Assembly (NCBI GenBank): GCA_965226495.1
Contig: OZ245365.1
Location: 64,001-128,000, forward strand
From: Candidatus Marinacidobacterales bacterium
GTDB taxonomy: Bacteria; Acidobacteriota; Vicinamibacteria; Marinacidobacterales; DATDRI01
Direction: 5' to 3'
Length of the DNA stretch: 64,000 bases
The position numbers and the translations under genes are program-made. Shown in pieces: positions 38,556 to 49,429 of this stretch. Position 1 is the first letter of the stretch. Each line of letters starts with the position of its first letter. The notes beneath the pieces are model-generated. The model saw only the letters and a list, made by a program, of their open reading frames with translations, was not told the origin of the DNA and did no database searches.

Positions 38556-40351
38556 GTAAGCGTCTCCATACGCCCGGAGTTCTCAATCCTTCGTGCGAGG
38601 GATTGAATCTCGGCGGTAATGTTGTCGTCGTCGACCCCGTGGGCCAGTTTAGCCCGCAAGCGCGAAAGCTGCCGGCGCCATCTCTGCTCGCGAATACGAT
38701 TCATGCAATCGCGAGGACTCTGCCGAGGCCCCAAGGGGGACGGCTCCAAGGCGATTCGAGTCAGCATGTTTCGTTCGGTTTCCTCGTTGAGCCGATCGAG
38801 CACGCGCTCGGTTGAAAGGCTCTCCGAGACCACCACTTGTTTCATGGCCCTCAGAATAGATGCCGTTGCGAGCTCCTTGAGGTCTTCCTCTCCGAGCTCG
38901 TCGAGCAACGCCGGGGCATCTTCCGGCGACTGAAGCAACCATCTTATGAGGTCTCGCTCCGCTGGTCGTATTGAGCCGGCTGAGCTGGCCGATTCGGCGA
39001 ACCCAAGATTTGGGACATTTTGGGGATTCTGAGCGTTTCGGTCGGCGAAGCTTACGCGGTGGGCACGGGCCAATACCTGACGGCGTAGCTCCTCCACAAC
39101 GGTGGCGTCCGCGATCTCCGCCCGCTCCGCCAACCGGCTCACGTAGCCCACGCGTTCGACTTGGTTCGGGATGCGGGCCAAAGTAGGCAGCACTCCGTTG
39201 AGGAAGTCCACTTTGCCCCGCGGGGTCGCGATATCTGATTTCTTGGCGGAAAGCTCGATGAGATAGTCCATGAACGATCGAGCCCCGTCGACTCTTTGGC
39301 GATAGGCCACTCCACCTTCTTTCCGAATGAAGTCGTCGGGGTCCTGTCCGGGAGGAAGGCTCAATACGGAGACTTGGAACCCTTCCTCAAGCAACACGTC
39401 GATGCTGCGCGCCGCGGCGGCTTCTCCGGCTGCATCGGGATCGAAATTCACGACGATGCGGTCGGTGTAACGGCGAATGAGACGGGCGTGGCCCGACGTA
39501 AGACTGGTGCCGCAGCACGCGACGGCGTTCGTGACCCCCGCTTGGTAGGCCTGGATGCAATCCAGGTACCCTTCCATCAGAATAGCGGTTCCGATCTGCC
39601 GAATCCCAGTCTTGGCACTTTCGAACCCGTAAAGAACTCGGCTCTTGTTGTAAATAGGGCTCTCGGGTGAGTTCAGGTACTTCGGCTCACCGGGGCCGAG
39701 GAGTCTTCCCCCGAACGCCACGACTCTTCCTGTTTCATTGCGAATAGGGATGATGACGCGGTTGCGGAAACGGTCGTAGAACCCTCGGCCCTCACTACGT
39801 GGGGCGGCCAGGCCGGCGCGCGCCACCATCTCCGGCTTCGCACCTTTACTCGCGAGGTGCTCTAGCAGGGAAGACCATGCGTCGGCGGCGTACCCCAATC
39901 CGGCTTTCTCAATTGTCTCCCGGCTGAGACCCCGCCCTTCGAGATAAGAGAGGGCGCGAGGATTCTTCATCAGATGATTTTGGAAGAACCGTGCTGCCTC
40001 GTCATGAAGCTTGAGCAACAGGGTTCGATCTCGATTCTCTGGGCCCGCCTCGCGTTGGCTAGGGACGCTGATCCCTGCCCGCGAGGCGAGCTGAGTCACG
40101 GCTTCGGTAAAGGACATCTTGTCGTAGAGCATCAGGAACTTGAAGGCGTCCCCGCCTTGGCCACAGCCAAAGCAGTGGAAGATCTCCCGTTCCGGACTCA
40201 CGTTGAAGGAGGGCGTTTTCTCCGAGTGGAAGGGACAGAGACCCTTGAAGCTATTCCCTGCCTTTTTCAGCGGCACGTATTGTGAGACGAGATCGACGAT
40301 GTCGGTACTCGCCCGCACCTGCTCGATGAGATGGGATCCAAAAAGCGGCAC
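38552..40351 (-). CDS. dnaG: DNA primase
   Basis: [15 protein letters not shown] zinc finger, DRFRNR, KYLNSPE, EGYLD, DPDAAG, DPD. Confidence 0.97.
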
Positions 40352-42738
40352 TAGCTCTTTAGCTCCACGACCGTCACCGCGCCGCTTCCTTCAGGTTGAT
40401 GGCTGGTCACCTGGGGGTGGGTCTCGAGCCATTTTCCGATCGCCTTCTTGAGACGTCCACGACCCAGCCCGTGAATCAGGCGCACCGTGCGATGCTCGCT
40501 AAGGAAGGCGTCATCCAGAAACTTGTCTGCCCGTGAGATGGCCTCGTCCACCGTGCACCCGATCACGTTGAGCTCGTGCGGCACATGCTTTGTTGCCGGT
40601 AACTGCATTCGGCCGGAGTACCCCCCCGGGGTCTCCGGCTGAATACCGATTGCCGCTTCCAGCTCGGTGACCGGGATGCGGAGTTTCTTGTCTCGCACCA
40701 TCACTTCGACTTCGTCACCTCCGAGGATCTCAACGACTCTGCCTGTCAATTGGAGGGACGAAATGGTTACCGTCTCCCCAACGTTGAGCTCGAGTGGCGC
40801 GGTGGCGCTCGGCGGCGCCTGGAATCGCGCCGCCACCATCTCCAGTCTTTCTCGAGCCTCGGCTTGAGCCTCGGCTCGAGCCTCGTTCCCCACTTGCTGT
40901 TGATGCAAGACACTCTGCTCGCGCGCTTCCTCCAGGATTTCCCGGATCTCTCGCCGCGCGTGCGCGATCTCTTCGCTCATTTCTTCGCGCATGCTCCTCG
41001 ACTGTTCATCTCGCGTTCGAACGAGTTCGTCTTCTAGCTCCTTGTGGCGCCGAACCGAAGCTTCCAAGGTATGGCGGTCTCGTGTCATCTTCTCGCTATC
41101 CCGGGCGAGCTTTCGACCTTCCTCTTCCAACCGCTCGAGCATGCCTTCGACCTGGCGCTCCTTTTGGTTTTGAAGCTCACGGGCGTGTTCAACGACTTCC
41201 TCGGGGAGTCCAAGGCGGCGAGCGATCTCGAAGGCCAGGCTCCGTCCTGTGGAATTCTCCACCAGGCGGTAAGTGGGCTCATACGTTTCGGGATTGAATT
41301 CAAAAGAAGCCGATCCCACGCCGGCTGTGGTCGTCGCGTAAGCTTTGAGCATGCCGTGATGTGTCGACGCGAGTACTAGAGCTCCCCTTCGCCGAAAGTG
41401 CTCGACCAAGGCGGTTCCCAAGGCTCCCCCTTCGCCGGGGTCGGTTCCCGTGCCGACCTCATCGAGGAGCACCAGGGAGGGATCTTCAATGTCTCTTTCC
41501 ATCTCCACGATGTTTCTGAGATGCGCCGAGAACGTGGAGAGGCTAGAACCGATCGACTGTTCGTCTCCGATGTCGGCGAAGATCTTTTTGAAGACGGGAA
41601 ACGAGCTTTCGGGATCCGCTGGAACGTGGAGCCCAGTTTGTGCCATCAGCGAAAGCAACCCCGCCGTCTTGAGCGCGACCGTCTTGCCGCCGGTATTGGG
41701 GCCGGTGAAGATGAGGGCACTCCGATCTGCATCGACTCGGAACGAAAGGGCGACCGCTTCCTTCTCCGGTGGTGGCAGTTCGAGCCGCTCGACGATCTTC
41801 TTGAGCAACAGTGGGTGGCGGGCTGAAACTAGGTGGAGAGTCTTTCCTTCGCCCACACGCGGTTCGGCTCCGGAGCAGGCCTCGGAGAGAAATGCTTTGG
41901 CTTGGATCAGGTCGAGCCGCGATACCACCTCGGTGGTTTGGGCGAGCTCGGATTTTTTGGACCGCGCAATCTCAGTCAACGAAAGCAAAATGCGTTCGAT
42001 CTCTTGTTGCTCATGTTCCTGTACCGAAACGATGTCGTTGTTGAGCTCTACCGTTGAGAGAGGCTCGATGAAGACCGTCGCGCCGCTGGCCGACGAGCCA
42101 TGAACGATGCCGACCAGCTGCCCCCTACACTCTGCTTTGACCGGAAGGACCGACCGGCCGTTTCGCACGGTAACGATCTGATCCTGGAGCATCTTATTGG
42201 AGTCCTTCTGTTTGAAGTAGGACTCGAGGATGTTTTCAATACGTCTGCGGAGCTTGAAGAGGCGCGCTCTCAGCCGGCGGAGCTCGGGGCTGGCGTCGTC
42301 TTTGACCTCGCCGCTTTCCGAGTCGATGGCTTGTTCGATCGGACTGCGGAGGTTGCGGAGATCGGGCAGCTGGCTGGCAAGCTCGAGCAGCCGGGGAAGT
42401 TTCGGCTGACAATCCTTGAGCTCCCGGCCAACCTGCTCGGCGATCTCGGCGAACTTGGCAAGCTCGAGAAGTGCAGAGGCGGTGAGTGATTGTTGCTCAA
42501 TCTCTAGAACGCCCAAATGTGGGCGGACGTCCGGGGTACCAGCGAGCGGGAGCCGCTTGCCTTGTTCCAGGAGTTGGCGGCCTTCGGTCGTGTCGCTGAG
42601 CCAATCCTTCACTTCGGAAACGTTCGACGAAGGCGCCAGCCGGCGGGTCGCCTCGGCGCCTACAGGAGTGGAGGTGAACCGCTCCAGGACAGTCTGTATC
42701 CGATTGAATTCTAGAGCTTTAGAGATACCGATGTTCAT
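40351..42738 (-). CDS. mutS2: Endonuclease MutS2 (RqcU) with Smr domain
   Basis: DDAS.EL, GPNTGGKT, DIGDEQS..SLSTFS, LDE.G.GTDP.EG, C-terminal IHG.G.G.L; start may be 42738 or 42768. Confidence 0.95.
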   Translation of the reverse strand: MNIGISKALEFNRIQTVLERFTSTPVGAEATRRLAPSSNVSEVKDWLSDTTEGRQLLEQGKRLPLAGTPDVRPHLGVLEIEQQSLTASALLELAKFAEIAEQVGRELKDCQPKLPRLLELASQLPDLRNLRSPIEQAIDSESGEVKDDASPELRRLRARLFKLRRRIENILESYFKQKDSNKMLQDQIVTVRNGRSVLPVKAECRGQLVGIVHGSSASGATVFIEPLSTVELNNDIVSVQEHEQQEIERILLSLTEIARSKKSELAQTTEVVSRLDLIQAKAFLSEACSGAEPRVGEGKTLHLVSARHPLLLKKIVERLELPPPEKEAVALSFRVDADRSALIFTGPNTGGKTVALKTAGLLSLMAQTGLHVPADPESSFPVFKKIFADIGDEQSIGSSLSTFSAHLRNIVEMERDIEDPSLVLLDEVGTGTDPGEGGALGTALVEHFRRRGALVLASTHHGMLKAYATTTAGVGSASFEFNPETYEPTYRLVENSTGRSLAFEIARRLGLPEEVVEHARELQNQKERQVEGMLERLEEEGRKLARDSEKMTRDRHTLEASVRRHKELEDELVRTRDEQSRSMREEMSEEIAHARREIREILEEAREQSVLHQQQVGNEARAEAQAEARERLEMVAARFQAPPSATAPLELNVGETVTISSLQLTGRVVEILGGDEVEVMVRDKKLRIPVTELEAAIGIQPETPGGYSGRMQLPATKHVPHELNVIGCTVDEAISRADKFLDDAFLSEHRTVRLIHGLGRGRLKKAIGKWLETHPQVTSHQPEGSGAVTVVELKS

Positions 42739-42879
42739 CAGGGCCGCTTTTGAGACGGGTAAGCACAATCCACCATCTTAACACATCTGGGCGATGGCCC
42801 AGGAATTGCATTCAAAAAAGGGACAGCTACGCCCCTAAGCCTTTTCATTATTACAATTTAAGAACGAGAGGGCCAACTG

Positions 42880-43647
42880 TCAAGCTAAAGCCTGGGAGTT
42901 ATCTGAGGCATTGATAAGCCCGGCCAGATAGCCCGCTCCGAACCCATTGTCGATGTTGACGATCGCCACGCCGGACGAGCAACTGTTCAGCATCGCTAAG
43001 AGTGCCGAGAGTCCACCGAAGCTTGCGCCGTAGCCAATACTCGTGGGTACCGCAACCACGGGCACCGCCACCAACCCGGCGACTACGCTAGGGAGCGCTC
43101 CCTCCATCCCGGCCGCGACCACCACCACGGATGCCTTCGTCAGTAGCTCTTGGTGAGACGCTAGGCGGTGCAAGCCCGCCACGCCCACATCGAAGACCCG
43201 GTCCACCGTCGAGCCCATCAGCTCCGTGGTGAGGGCGGCCTCTTCGGCAATCGGTATGTCCGAGGTGCCCGCAGAGATGATCAGCACCATCCCCGGAACG
43301 CGATCCGGTGGGCGACGTTCGACGATGATAACGCCGGCCTGGGCATGCCAGCGGGCATCCGGCAGCTTCTGCCGAAGCTCCGCGTAGGCCGTTTCCGTCG
43401 TTTTCGTGACCAAGACATTCTGGTCGTTCTCGGCCAGTTTTGTGCCGATGGCGGTGATCTGCGCGGGGGTTTTTCCGGGTCCGTAGATGACCTCCGGAAA
43501 GCCGCGTCGCAGCGCGCGATGGTGGTCAATCTTGGCGAAGCCCAGATCCTCGAATGGGAGGTGGCGGAGCTTCTCGGACGCCTCCTCCACGGAGATCGAT
43601 TGCTGCGAGACCGCCTCGAGGATCTCTCGGATTCGCTCCAAATTCAT
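42880..43647 (-). CDS. larB: Nickel-pincer cofactor biosynthesis protein LarB
   Basis: AKIDHHR..R.GFPEV, AGTSD.P.AEEA, DVGVAGLHRL, AGMEGALPS, PTSIGYG, VNIDNGFGA. Confidence 0.93.
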   Translation of the reverse strand: MNLERIREILEAVSQQSISVEEASEKLRHLPFEDLGFAKIDHHRALRRGFPEVIYGPGKTPAQITAIGTKLAENDQNVLVTKTTETAYAELRQKLPDARWHAQAGVIIVERRPPDRVPGMVLIISAGTSDIPIAEEAALTTELMGSTVDRVFDVGVAGLHRLASHQELLTKASVVVVAAGMEGALPSVVAGLVAVPVVAVPTSIGYGASFGGLSALLAMLNSCSSGVAIVNIDNGFGAGYLAGLINASDNSQALA

Positions 43648-43648
43648 T

Positions 43649-44944
43649 TTAGGAAGCGCCGACTATATCACGTTTTTGCGAGAAGGCGGACCAAGCGGCG
43701 AGCAAGAAGAAGGGAGCGTATTCGAGGACCTTGAACCACGTAAGCTCCTGCCACGCCTCACCCGGAGGTGCGAGGAACGGGGCATGGTAGGAAAGGGCGA
43801 CGGTGGCGGTGAGCATGAGCCAGGCCGGGCTCGGGAAGAAGCACAGATAGGGGACCAGCCACATGATGTACCAGGGGTGTACGGTAGGCGACAGAAGGAG
43901 GATGGAACCGATCGTAAGGTAACTCGCGCGAAGCGGTGGAACGCGACGATATAGGAGCGAAACGATGAGCACGGCAACCACCACCCCCGCGATGAGCTTC
44001 GAAGTGTCGAGGGAGCCGGTCAAGGCATACAAGAAATGGAAGAGGCTGTCGTTGGCTCGCCATCTCAGGCTATAGGCGAATATGCCGTCGAAGGACTCCG
44101 GTGTTACCCCCCGATAGGGAAAGAGCATGATCAGACTCGTCAGGAGAATCGCGAGCCATGTAAGAGGTCGTGTGCAGCGTGCGAAAAATGGAAGCAACGC
44201 AAACGCCATCAGCTTCCCATAGCCCGCCAAGGTGACGAGACACATTGATAGCGTACTTTTCTTGAGGAAGATCGCGGCGTGCGCGGCCATTAGAAAGGCC
44301 ATCATCAGGATGTCGTTGTGCCCGCTTCCCGCAATTTCGACGACGGTCAGGGGGCTCCAGGCGTACGTGAGAGATCGCAGCGGGCTGAGATTGGCAGCGG
44401 TGAGGAGAATCACGAGTATTCCGATGAGCGCAAGGTCTATCAATACGAAAGCCGCCTTCATCACGAAGACGCTCTCTGAAAGCGCAGTTACGGCTAGGAG
44501 GACCACCTGCATCATCGGCGGGTAGATAGTAGGGAGCTCCTTATTATTGATGTTCTCGTAGATGGGATCTCGCAGGTGCTCTAGTTGAGGAGCCGCGGGA
44601 GCGTACGCGTAGGGGTTCAATCCCGCTTTTTGGATACGGCCATCCCAAACATAACGGTAGATGTCGTCCGAAAGCACAGGCGGTGTGAAAAGAAAGATCA
44701 CTCGCAGCGCAATGGCTACGATGACCGTCCAAGCGAGAAGTCCGCGACGACTGTGGGCATCTTGGGTATGGTTTAGTACGTAGTAGACCGCGAAAATGTA
44801 GACCGTCGACATCGTCAGATAGCCGACGAGGAAAGCGAGGAAGCCCTCCTGGAGATCCATCCGATTCGCAACCCAGAGTGCGAGAATTACCAAGACGCAA
44901 CCTGCCGGGGCCAGAACGAACCAATCCCTCGCCGGGCTTCTCAT
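43649..44944 (-). CDS. GT-C fold membrane glycosyltransferase (GT87/DUF2029-like)
   Basis: LSDDIYRYVWDG, NPY, TIYPP, GHND, HPWY; many TM helices. Confidence 0.85.
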   Translation of the reverse strand: MRSPARDWFVLAPAGCVLVILALWVANRMDLQEGFLAFLVGYLTMSTVYIFAVYYVLNHTQDAHSRRGLLAWTVIVAIALRVIFLFTPPVLSDDIYRYVWDGRIQKAGLNPYAYAPAAPQLEHLRDPIYENINNKELPTIYPPMMQVVLLAVTALSESVFVMKAAFVLIDLALIGILVILLTAANLSPLRSLTYAWSPLTVVEIAGSGHNDILMMAFLMAAHAAIFLKKSTLSMCLVTLAGYGKLMAFALLPFFARCTRPLTWLAILLTSLIMLFPYRGVTPESFDGIFAYSLRWRANDSLFHFLYALTGSLDTSKLIAGVVVAVLIVSLLYRRVPPLRASYLTIGSILLLSPTVHPWYIMWLVPYLCFFPSPAWLMLTATVALSYHAPFLAPPGEAWQELTWFKVLEYAPFFLLAAWSAFSQKRDIVGAS

Positions 44945-44983
44945 TCGGTTTGCGCTATGCTATGGGTGGACGAATAGTTTGTC

Positions 44984-46409
44984 ATGAGCCCTATCGACGC
45001 TGCCATTCTCATACTGTACTTCTCTGTGCTCATTGTGTTGGCGATCTTCGGATGCCACCGGTACATGATGGTCTATCTATATTACAAGTACCGGGGACAA
45101 GAAGCCTTCCTTACTAGAAAACTCGGACCCGCTACCCCTGGCGGAGCTTCCGGTGGTAACGGTACAACTGCCGTTGTTCAACGAAATGTATGTGGTGGAG
45201 CGGCTCATCGACGCCGCGGCGCGGCTCGACTATCCCAGGGAGCTTCTTGAGATTCAGGTCCTCGATGATTCCACCGATGAGACCACTGAAGCAGGGCTCT
45301 CCCGCGCACGGGGAGAATTTGTGGCCGTCTTCGACGCCGACTTCGTCCCGCCCCATGACTTTCTCCGCGCCGTGCTGACTCACTTCCAGGCCGCCGACGT
45401 GGCGATGGTGCAGGCGAGGTGGGGGCATATCAATCCCGAGTATTCGTTGCTAACGCGCGTGCAATCCATCCTTCTCGATGCCCACTTCATCATCGAGCAC
45501 GGTGCGCGGAACCGCGCCGGTCGTTTTTTCAATTTCAACGGGACGGCCGGAGTGTGGCGAAGGTCGGCCATCGAAGATGCGGGTGGCTGGCAGCATGACA
45601 CCTTGACCGAAGACTTGGATCTCTCCTACCGAGCGCAACTCAAAGGCTGGCGGTTCATCTTTCTTCCGGACGTCGTCTGTCCGGCGGAGCTACCGGTGGA
45701 GATGAACGGGTTCAAGAGTCAGCAGCACCGTTGGTCCAAGGGGTCGATCCAAACCGCCAAGAAATTGCTGCCCCGTTTGCTGGCGAGCCGCTTGCCGCTC
45801 GGGGTGAAGGCCGAAGCGATCTTTCATTTGACCGCCAACCTAGCGTATCCGCTGATGGTGGTTTTGTCCTTGTTGATGTTTCCGTCCATGCTGGTCCGCT
45901 ACAACATGGGTTGGCAGGAGATGCTCCTAGTCGACATCCCTTTGTTTCTCGCCGCGACTTGTTCGGTGACAGCCTTTTACGTCGTATCTCAGAAAGAGAT
46001 CTATCCAGATTGGAAGGAGCGGGTGCGCTACATCCCCTTCTTGTTATCGGTAGGGATTGGTATGAGCGTCAGTAACGGTCGCGCGGTGCTGGAAGGTCTG
46101 TGGGGGTGCGAGACCCCTTTCGTTCGGACGCCGAAGTACCGAATCGAATCGCGGCTCGACCGCTGGAAGCTCAAGAAGTATCGCGGTGCTCGCAGCTATC
46201 TTCCCGCCGTCGAGATCGCTCTCGGTCTCTACTTCACCGCCACGGTCGCCTATGCGATTTCCCACCAGATCTTCGCCACGTTGCCCTTCCTGGCTTTGTT
46301 CCAGGTCGGCTTTCTCGCAACCGGCTTCATGTCGTGGCTCCAACCCTTTAGAGACAGTGGGTTTCACGCCGGTACGAGCCTGTTGACTCCAGCCGCTAGG
46401 CACAGATAG
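44984..46409 (+). pseudogene. GT2 cellulose-synthase-like glycosyltransferase with a frameshift and an internal deletion
   Basis: The N-terminal TM part (44984) and the catalytic part (VTVQLP.FNE, FDADF, TLTED, QQHRW) are in different frames; removing one G at 45093-45096 joins them. DDSTDETT runs directly into EAGL, with no KAG motif. Confidence 0.7.
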
Positions 46410-46449
46410 ACTGGCTTTTTCTGAAAGCCCCTGAAAGCCCCTGACAACG

Positions 46450-47058
46450 ATGAGAAAAGACAACGCCATTTTCTTCTTGTCTGGTCTCGCTTTCGGAGTG
46501 CTTCTTGGCTATTTCGTGTTCGAGAGCGTCATTCGAGACCCGGGCAATGTTTCGATGGCGGCCAACATAGGAAGCCCAGGTGGCCTCGGAAGCGCGAGTG
46601 GAGTTGCGCAGCCTGAGCCGCGGCGGTTGTTGGATCGTCAGGAAGTGGCCGCGCTCGAGAGTGTGCTTCAGCGAAACCCCGAGGATAGTAGCGCTCGGAT
46701 TCGACTCGGCAATCTCTATTTGGAGGCGGGCCACGATGACGAGGCGATTCCATGGTTTCGTGAGGCGCTCGAGCGAGAGCCCGACAATGCTCATGCTGGA
46801 ACCCATTTGGCGCAATCGCTGGCCAATATCGGACGCCTCGAGGAGGCCATCTCGGAGTATGGAGCTGTACTCGCTCGCGCACCGGGGAACGCTCAAGCGC
46901 TCCTGGGATTGGGGAGAGTGAAGCTCTACGCACAGCAAGACATCCGTGGCGGGCTCGAAGCCTGGGAGGAACTGTTGCGGGTCGCTCCGAACTCCCGCGA
47001 AGCCAACAGCATTAGTGATGAGCTGGAAGCACTGAAGTCCGCTCATACAACCAATTAG
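46450..47058 (+). CDS. Membrane-anchored TPR protein
   Basis: N-terminal TM helix followed by TPR patterns (LGNLY....A...F..AL...P). Confidence 0.85.
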   Translation: MRKDNAIFFLSGLAFGVLLGYFVFESVIRDPGNVSMAANIGSPGGLGSASGVAQPEPRRLLDRQEVAALESVLQRNPEDSSARIRLGNLYLEAGHDDEAIPWFREALEREPDNAHAGTHLAQSLANIGRLEEAISEYGAVLARAPGNAQALLGLGRVKLYAQQDIRGGLEAWEELLRVAPNSREANSISDELEALKSAHTTN

Positions 47059-47065
47059 TGTGACC

Positions 47066-47353
47066 ATGGGGCGTCTCCTTCAGTTCATCGCTTTCATGTT
47101 CGTGGTTCGTCACGTTTTTCTAGCCCTTTCTCGTTGGTTAGGGGGAGCCGAGAAGCAGCAAGTAGGAGGGCGTTCTCAGCAGGCTCCGAGTGACGGTTTG
47201 GTGAAGCCGATCTACCGGGGCCAAATGGTCCGCGACCCGGTGTGCGGTGTTTTCGTGCCCAAAGAACGGGCCATCGAGGAGCGTAAGGACGGTGAAGTCC
47301 AGCACTTTTGTTCCGAGAACTGCCGGCAGGCGTTTCAGGTGAGTACGACGTGA
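47066..47353 (+). CDS. YHS/TRASH metal-binding domain protein
   Basis: RDPVCG..V and HFCSENC after a TM helix. Confidence 0.85.
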   Translation: MGRLLQFIAFMFVVRHVFLALSRWLGGAEKQQVGGRSQQAPSDGLVKPIYRGQMVRDPVCGVFVPKERAIEERKDGEVQHFCSENCRQAFQVSTT

Positions 47354-48159
47354 AGCGACGCGAAGAGCTCAAAGAAGATATCTGTGAGGTGGGTCGTCGA
47401 CTGTACCAACATGGCTACATTGCGGCGATGGAGGGGAACGTCAGTATTCGATTTTCGGAAGAAGAAGTTCTGTCGACGCCGGCGGGGGTCTGTAAGGGTT
47501 ACCTCACACCGGACATGATCGTCTCCTGCGATTTTTCGGGCAAGCGGGTCGATGGCGCGCTGCGCGTCTCGACTGAGATCGAGATGCACCTGACGGTTTA
47601 CCGAGCCCGACCCGACGTCCGGGCGGTGGTTCACGCTCACCCACCGAAGTCGACTGCGTTCGCGGTTGCGGGAGTGCCCCTCAATCGCGCCGTGCTTGCC
47701 GAAGTCATCGTTACCTTGGGCTGCGTTCCGTTGGCGGAGTACGGCACGCCTTCCACGAAGGAGCTGGCCGATTCCGTGGACCGCTTGATCAGAACTAGTG
47801 ACGGCCTCTTGTTATCTAATCATGGTGCCTTGACCGTGGGTAAAGAGATTCTCGACGCCTACTACAAGATGGAAGTAGTGGAGCATTTCGCCGAGATCAG
47901 CTTCATGTCGAGATTGTTAGGGGGGGAGAGGTTGCTTCCTCAGTCCGAGGTGTCGCGCCTGCTATCCCTTCGCAAGGGAGTCTACAAGCTCGAGGGGCCG
48001 CCGGGAGGAGAAGCGTGCCCAATCCCTGCCGAGGGGGTCGGTTCCGTAGGTAGGGCTGCTGGTGCGGATGGCAACGAAATGATCCAACTGACCAGGGACG
48101 AGCTGGTGACGTTGATCTCCGACGCGATTCGAGCGGTCGGCGGTGCGCGCACGGCATAG
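47350..48159 (+). CDS. Class II aldolase (FucA-like) with C-terminal encapsulation-peptide-like helix
   Basis: EGNVS, TP.G..K, STE..MH..Y, VVHAHP, NHG; tail LTRDELVTLISDAIRAV after a G/P-rich linker; GTG start. Confidence 0.9.
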   Translation: MKRREELKEDICEVGRRLYQHGYIAAMEGNVSIRFSEEEVLSTPAGVCKGYLTPDMIVSCDFSGKRVDGALRVSTEIEMHLTVYRARPDVRAVVHAHPPKSTAFAVAGVPLNRAVLAEVIVTLGCVPLAEYGTPSTKELADSVDRLIRTSDGLLLSNHGALTVGKEILDAYYKMEVVEHFAEISFMSRLLGGERLLPQSEVSRLLSLRKGVYKLEGPPGGEACPIPAEGVGSVGRAAGADGNEMIQLTRDELVTLISDAIRAVGGARTA

Positions 48160-48256
48160 CCGGGCAAGCGATTACGCAACGAAATAGGAACTGTGTTACA
48201 AGGACAACGGCAAAACCAAACTATGCAAATTAATGTGGGAGGAGTAGGGAGGAATC

Positions 48257-48556
48257 ATGGCGGAATCCGTAGGTGAAGCGCTGGGGATGATTGAGACCCG
48301 AGGACTGGTGGCGATGATTGAGGCGTCCGACGCCATGGTCAAGGCGGCCAAGGTCACCCTCGTTGGTTACGAGAAGATTGGGGCCGGATATGTCACCGCA
48401 CTCGTGCGGGGCGACGTGGCGGCTTGCAAAGCGGCAACCGACGCCGGAGCGGCAGCGGCTCGCCGGGTCGGCGAACTCATATCGGTGCATGTGATTCCGA
48501 GGCCTCACTCGAGCCTGGAGGACTGCCTGCCGATCGGAAAGACCACCGAGTCTTAG
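48257..48556 (+). CDS. Microcompartment hexameric shell protein (BMC-H)
   Basis: [32 protein letters not shown]. Confidence 0.97.
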   Translation: MAESVGEALGMIETRGLVAMIEASDAMVKAAKVTLVGYEKIGAGYVTALVRGDVAACKAATDAGAAAARRVGELISVHVIPRPHSSLEDCLPIGKTTES

Positions 48557-48582
48557 CCCGCAAGGTATAGCGAGCTCAATCG

Positions 48583-48885
48583 ATGACGTTGGGTAAAGTG
48601 GTGGGGACCGTCGTAGCTACCCGAAAGGACGAGCAGCTGGAGGGGTTCAAACTACTGGTGGTACGGGCAGTGGGGCCTGACGGCGTGGAAAAAAACTCCT
48701 ATGTTGTCGCCGTCGACACCGTGGACGCTGGTGTGGGCGATCTCGTGCTTTTGGTTTCGGGCAGTTCGGCGAGGATGTCGACGGGTTGTACGGACCGGCC
48801 GATAGACGCCGCGGTGGTGGGGATCATCGACTCCATCGAACTGGCCTCGGCCGCGCTGGCGGGGGCTCGCGCGCAGTCGACCTGA
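48583..48885 (+). CDS. Microcompartment pentameric vertex protein (BMC-P, EutN/CcmL)
   Basis: GKVVGTVVAT.K, KLLVV, AVD.V.AG.GD.VL..SGSSAR, PIDAAVVGIID. Confidence 0.95.
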   Translation: MTLGKVVGTVVATRKDEQLEGFKLLVVRAVGPDGVEKNSYVVAVDTVDAGVGDLVLLVSGSSARMSTGCTDRPIDAAVVGIIDSIELASAALAGARAQST

Positions 48886-48895
48886 GACGAAGGCT

Positions 48896-49159
48896 ATGTT
48901 CGTGGCCAAGGTCATCGGTAACGTCGTGGCCACCGTGAAAGACGCCGGCCTCGATTCTCACAAGCTTCTCATCATTCAACCGCTGAGCGGGAAGGGTGCT
49001 CCCGAAGGGGAGCCCTTGATCGCACTCGATGGGGTCGGTGTCGGGGTTGGAGAAGAAGTGTTCTGCGTGAGTGGCAAAGAAGCTTCCTTCCTTTTTCTGC
49101 CTTCAAAGGTGCCAGCCGATGTGGGGATCGTGGGTAAGGTGGACCGTCAGGATTCGTGA
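48896..49159 (+). CDS. BMC-P vertex protein (EutN/CcmL)
   Basis: AKVIGNVVAT.K, ALD..GVG.GE.V....GKEA, P.D..IVG.VD. Confidence 0.95.
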   Translation: MFVAKVIGNVVATVKDAGLDSHKLLIIQPLSGKGAPEGEPLIALDGVGVGVGEEVFCVSGKEASFLFLPSKVPADVGIVGKVDRQDS

Positions 49160-49429
49160 GTGATTATCGGTAAAGTGACGGGCACGGTGGTTTCCACGGT
49201 GAAGCACTATAAGATGGAAGGAAGGAAGTTGCTCCTCGTTCAACCTCTCGATCCAGAGGGGAAGCCACAAGGGAGACGATTGTTGGCCATCGATTCGGTG
49301 GGCGCGGGAGTCGGTGACCAAGTGCTCGTCGTCAAGGAAGGCCGTGCCGCGGGCAAAGCATTGGGACGCTCGTCAGGGCCCGTGGATGCCGCCATCGTGG
49401 GCGTGGTCGACAGTGTGGATCTAGGATGA
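49160..49429 (+). CDS. BMC-P vertex protein (EutN/CcmL)
   Basis: GKVTGTVVST.K, AIDSVGAG.GD.VL...EG.AA, PVDAAIVGVVD. Confidence 0.95.
   Translation: MIIGKVTGTVVSTVKHYKMEGRKLLLVQPLDPEGKPQGRRLLAIDSVGAGVGDQVLVVKEGRAAGKALGRSSGPVDAAIVGVVDSVDLG

Noticed and set aside
40851-40885. 12-bp repeats (ctcgagcctcgg) in mutS2
   Set aside because: They encode the coiled-coil sequence EARAEAQAEARE; ordinary low complexity
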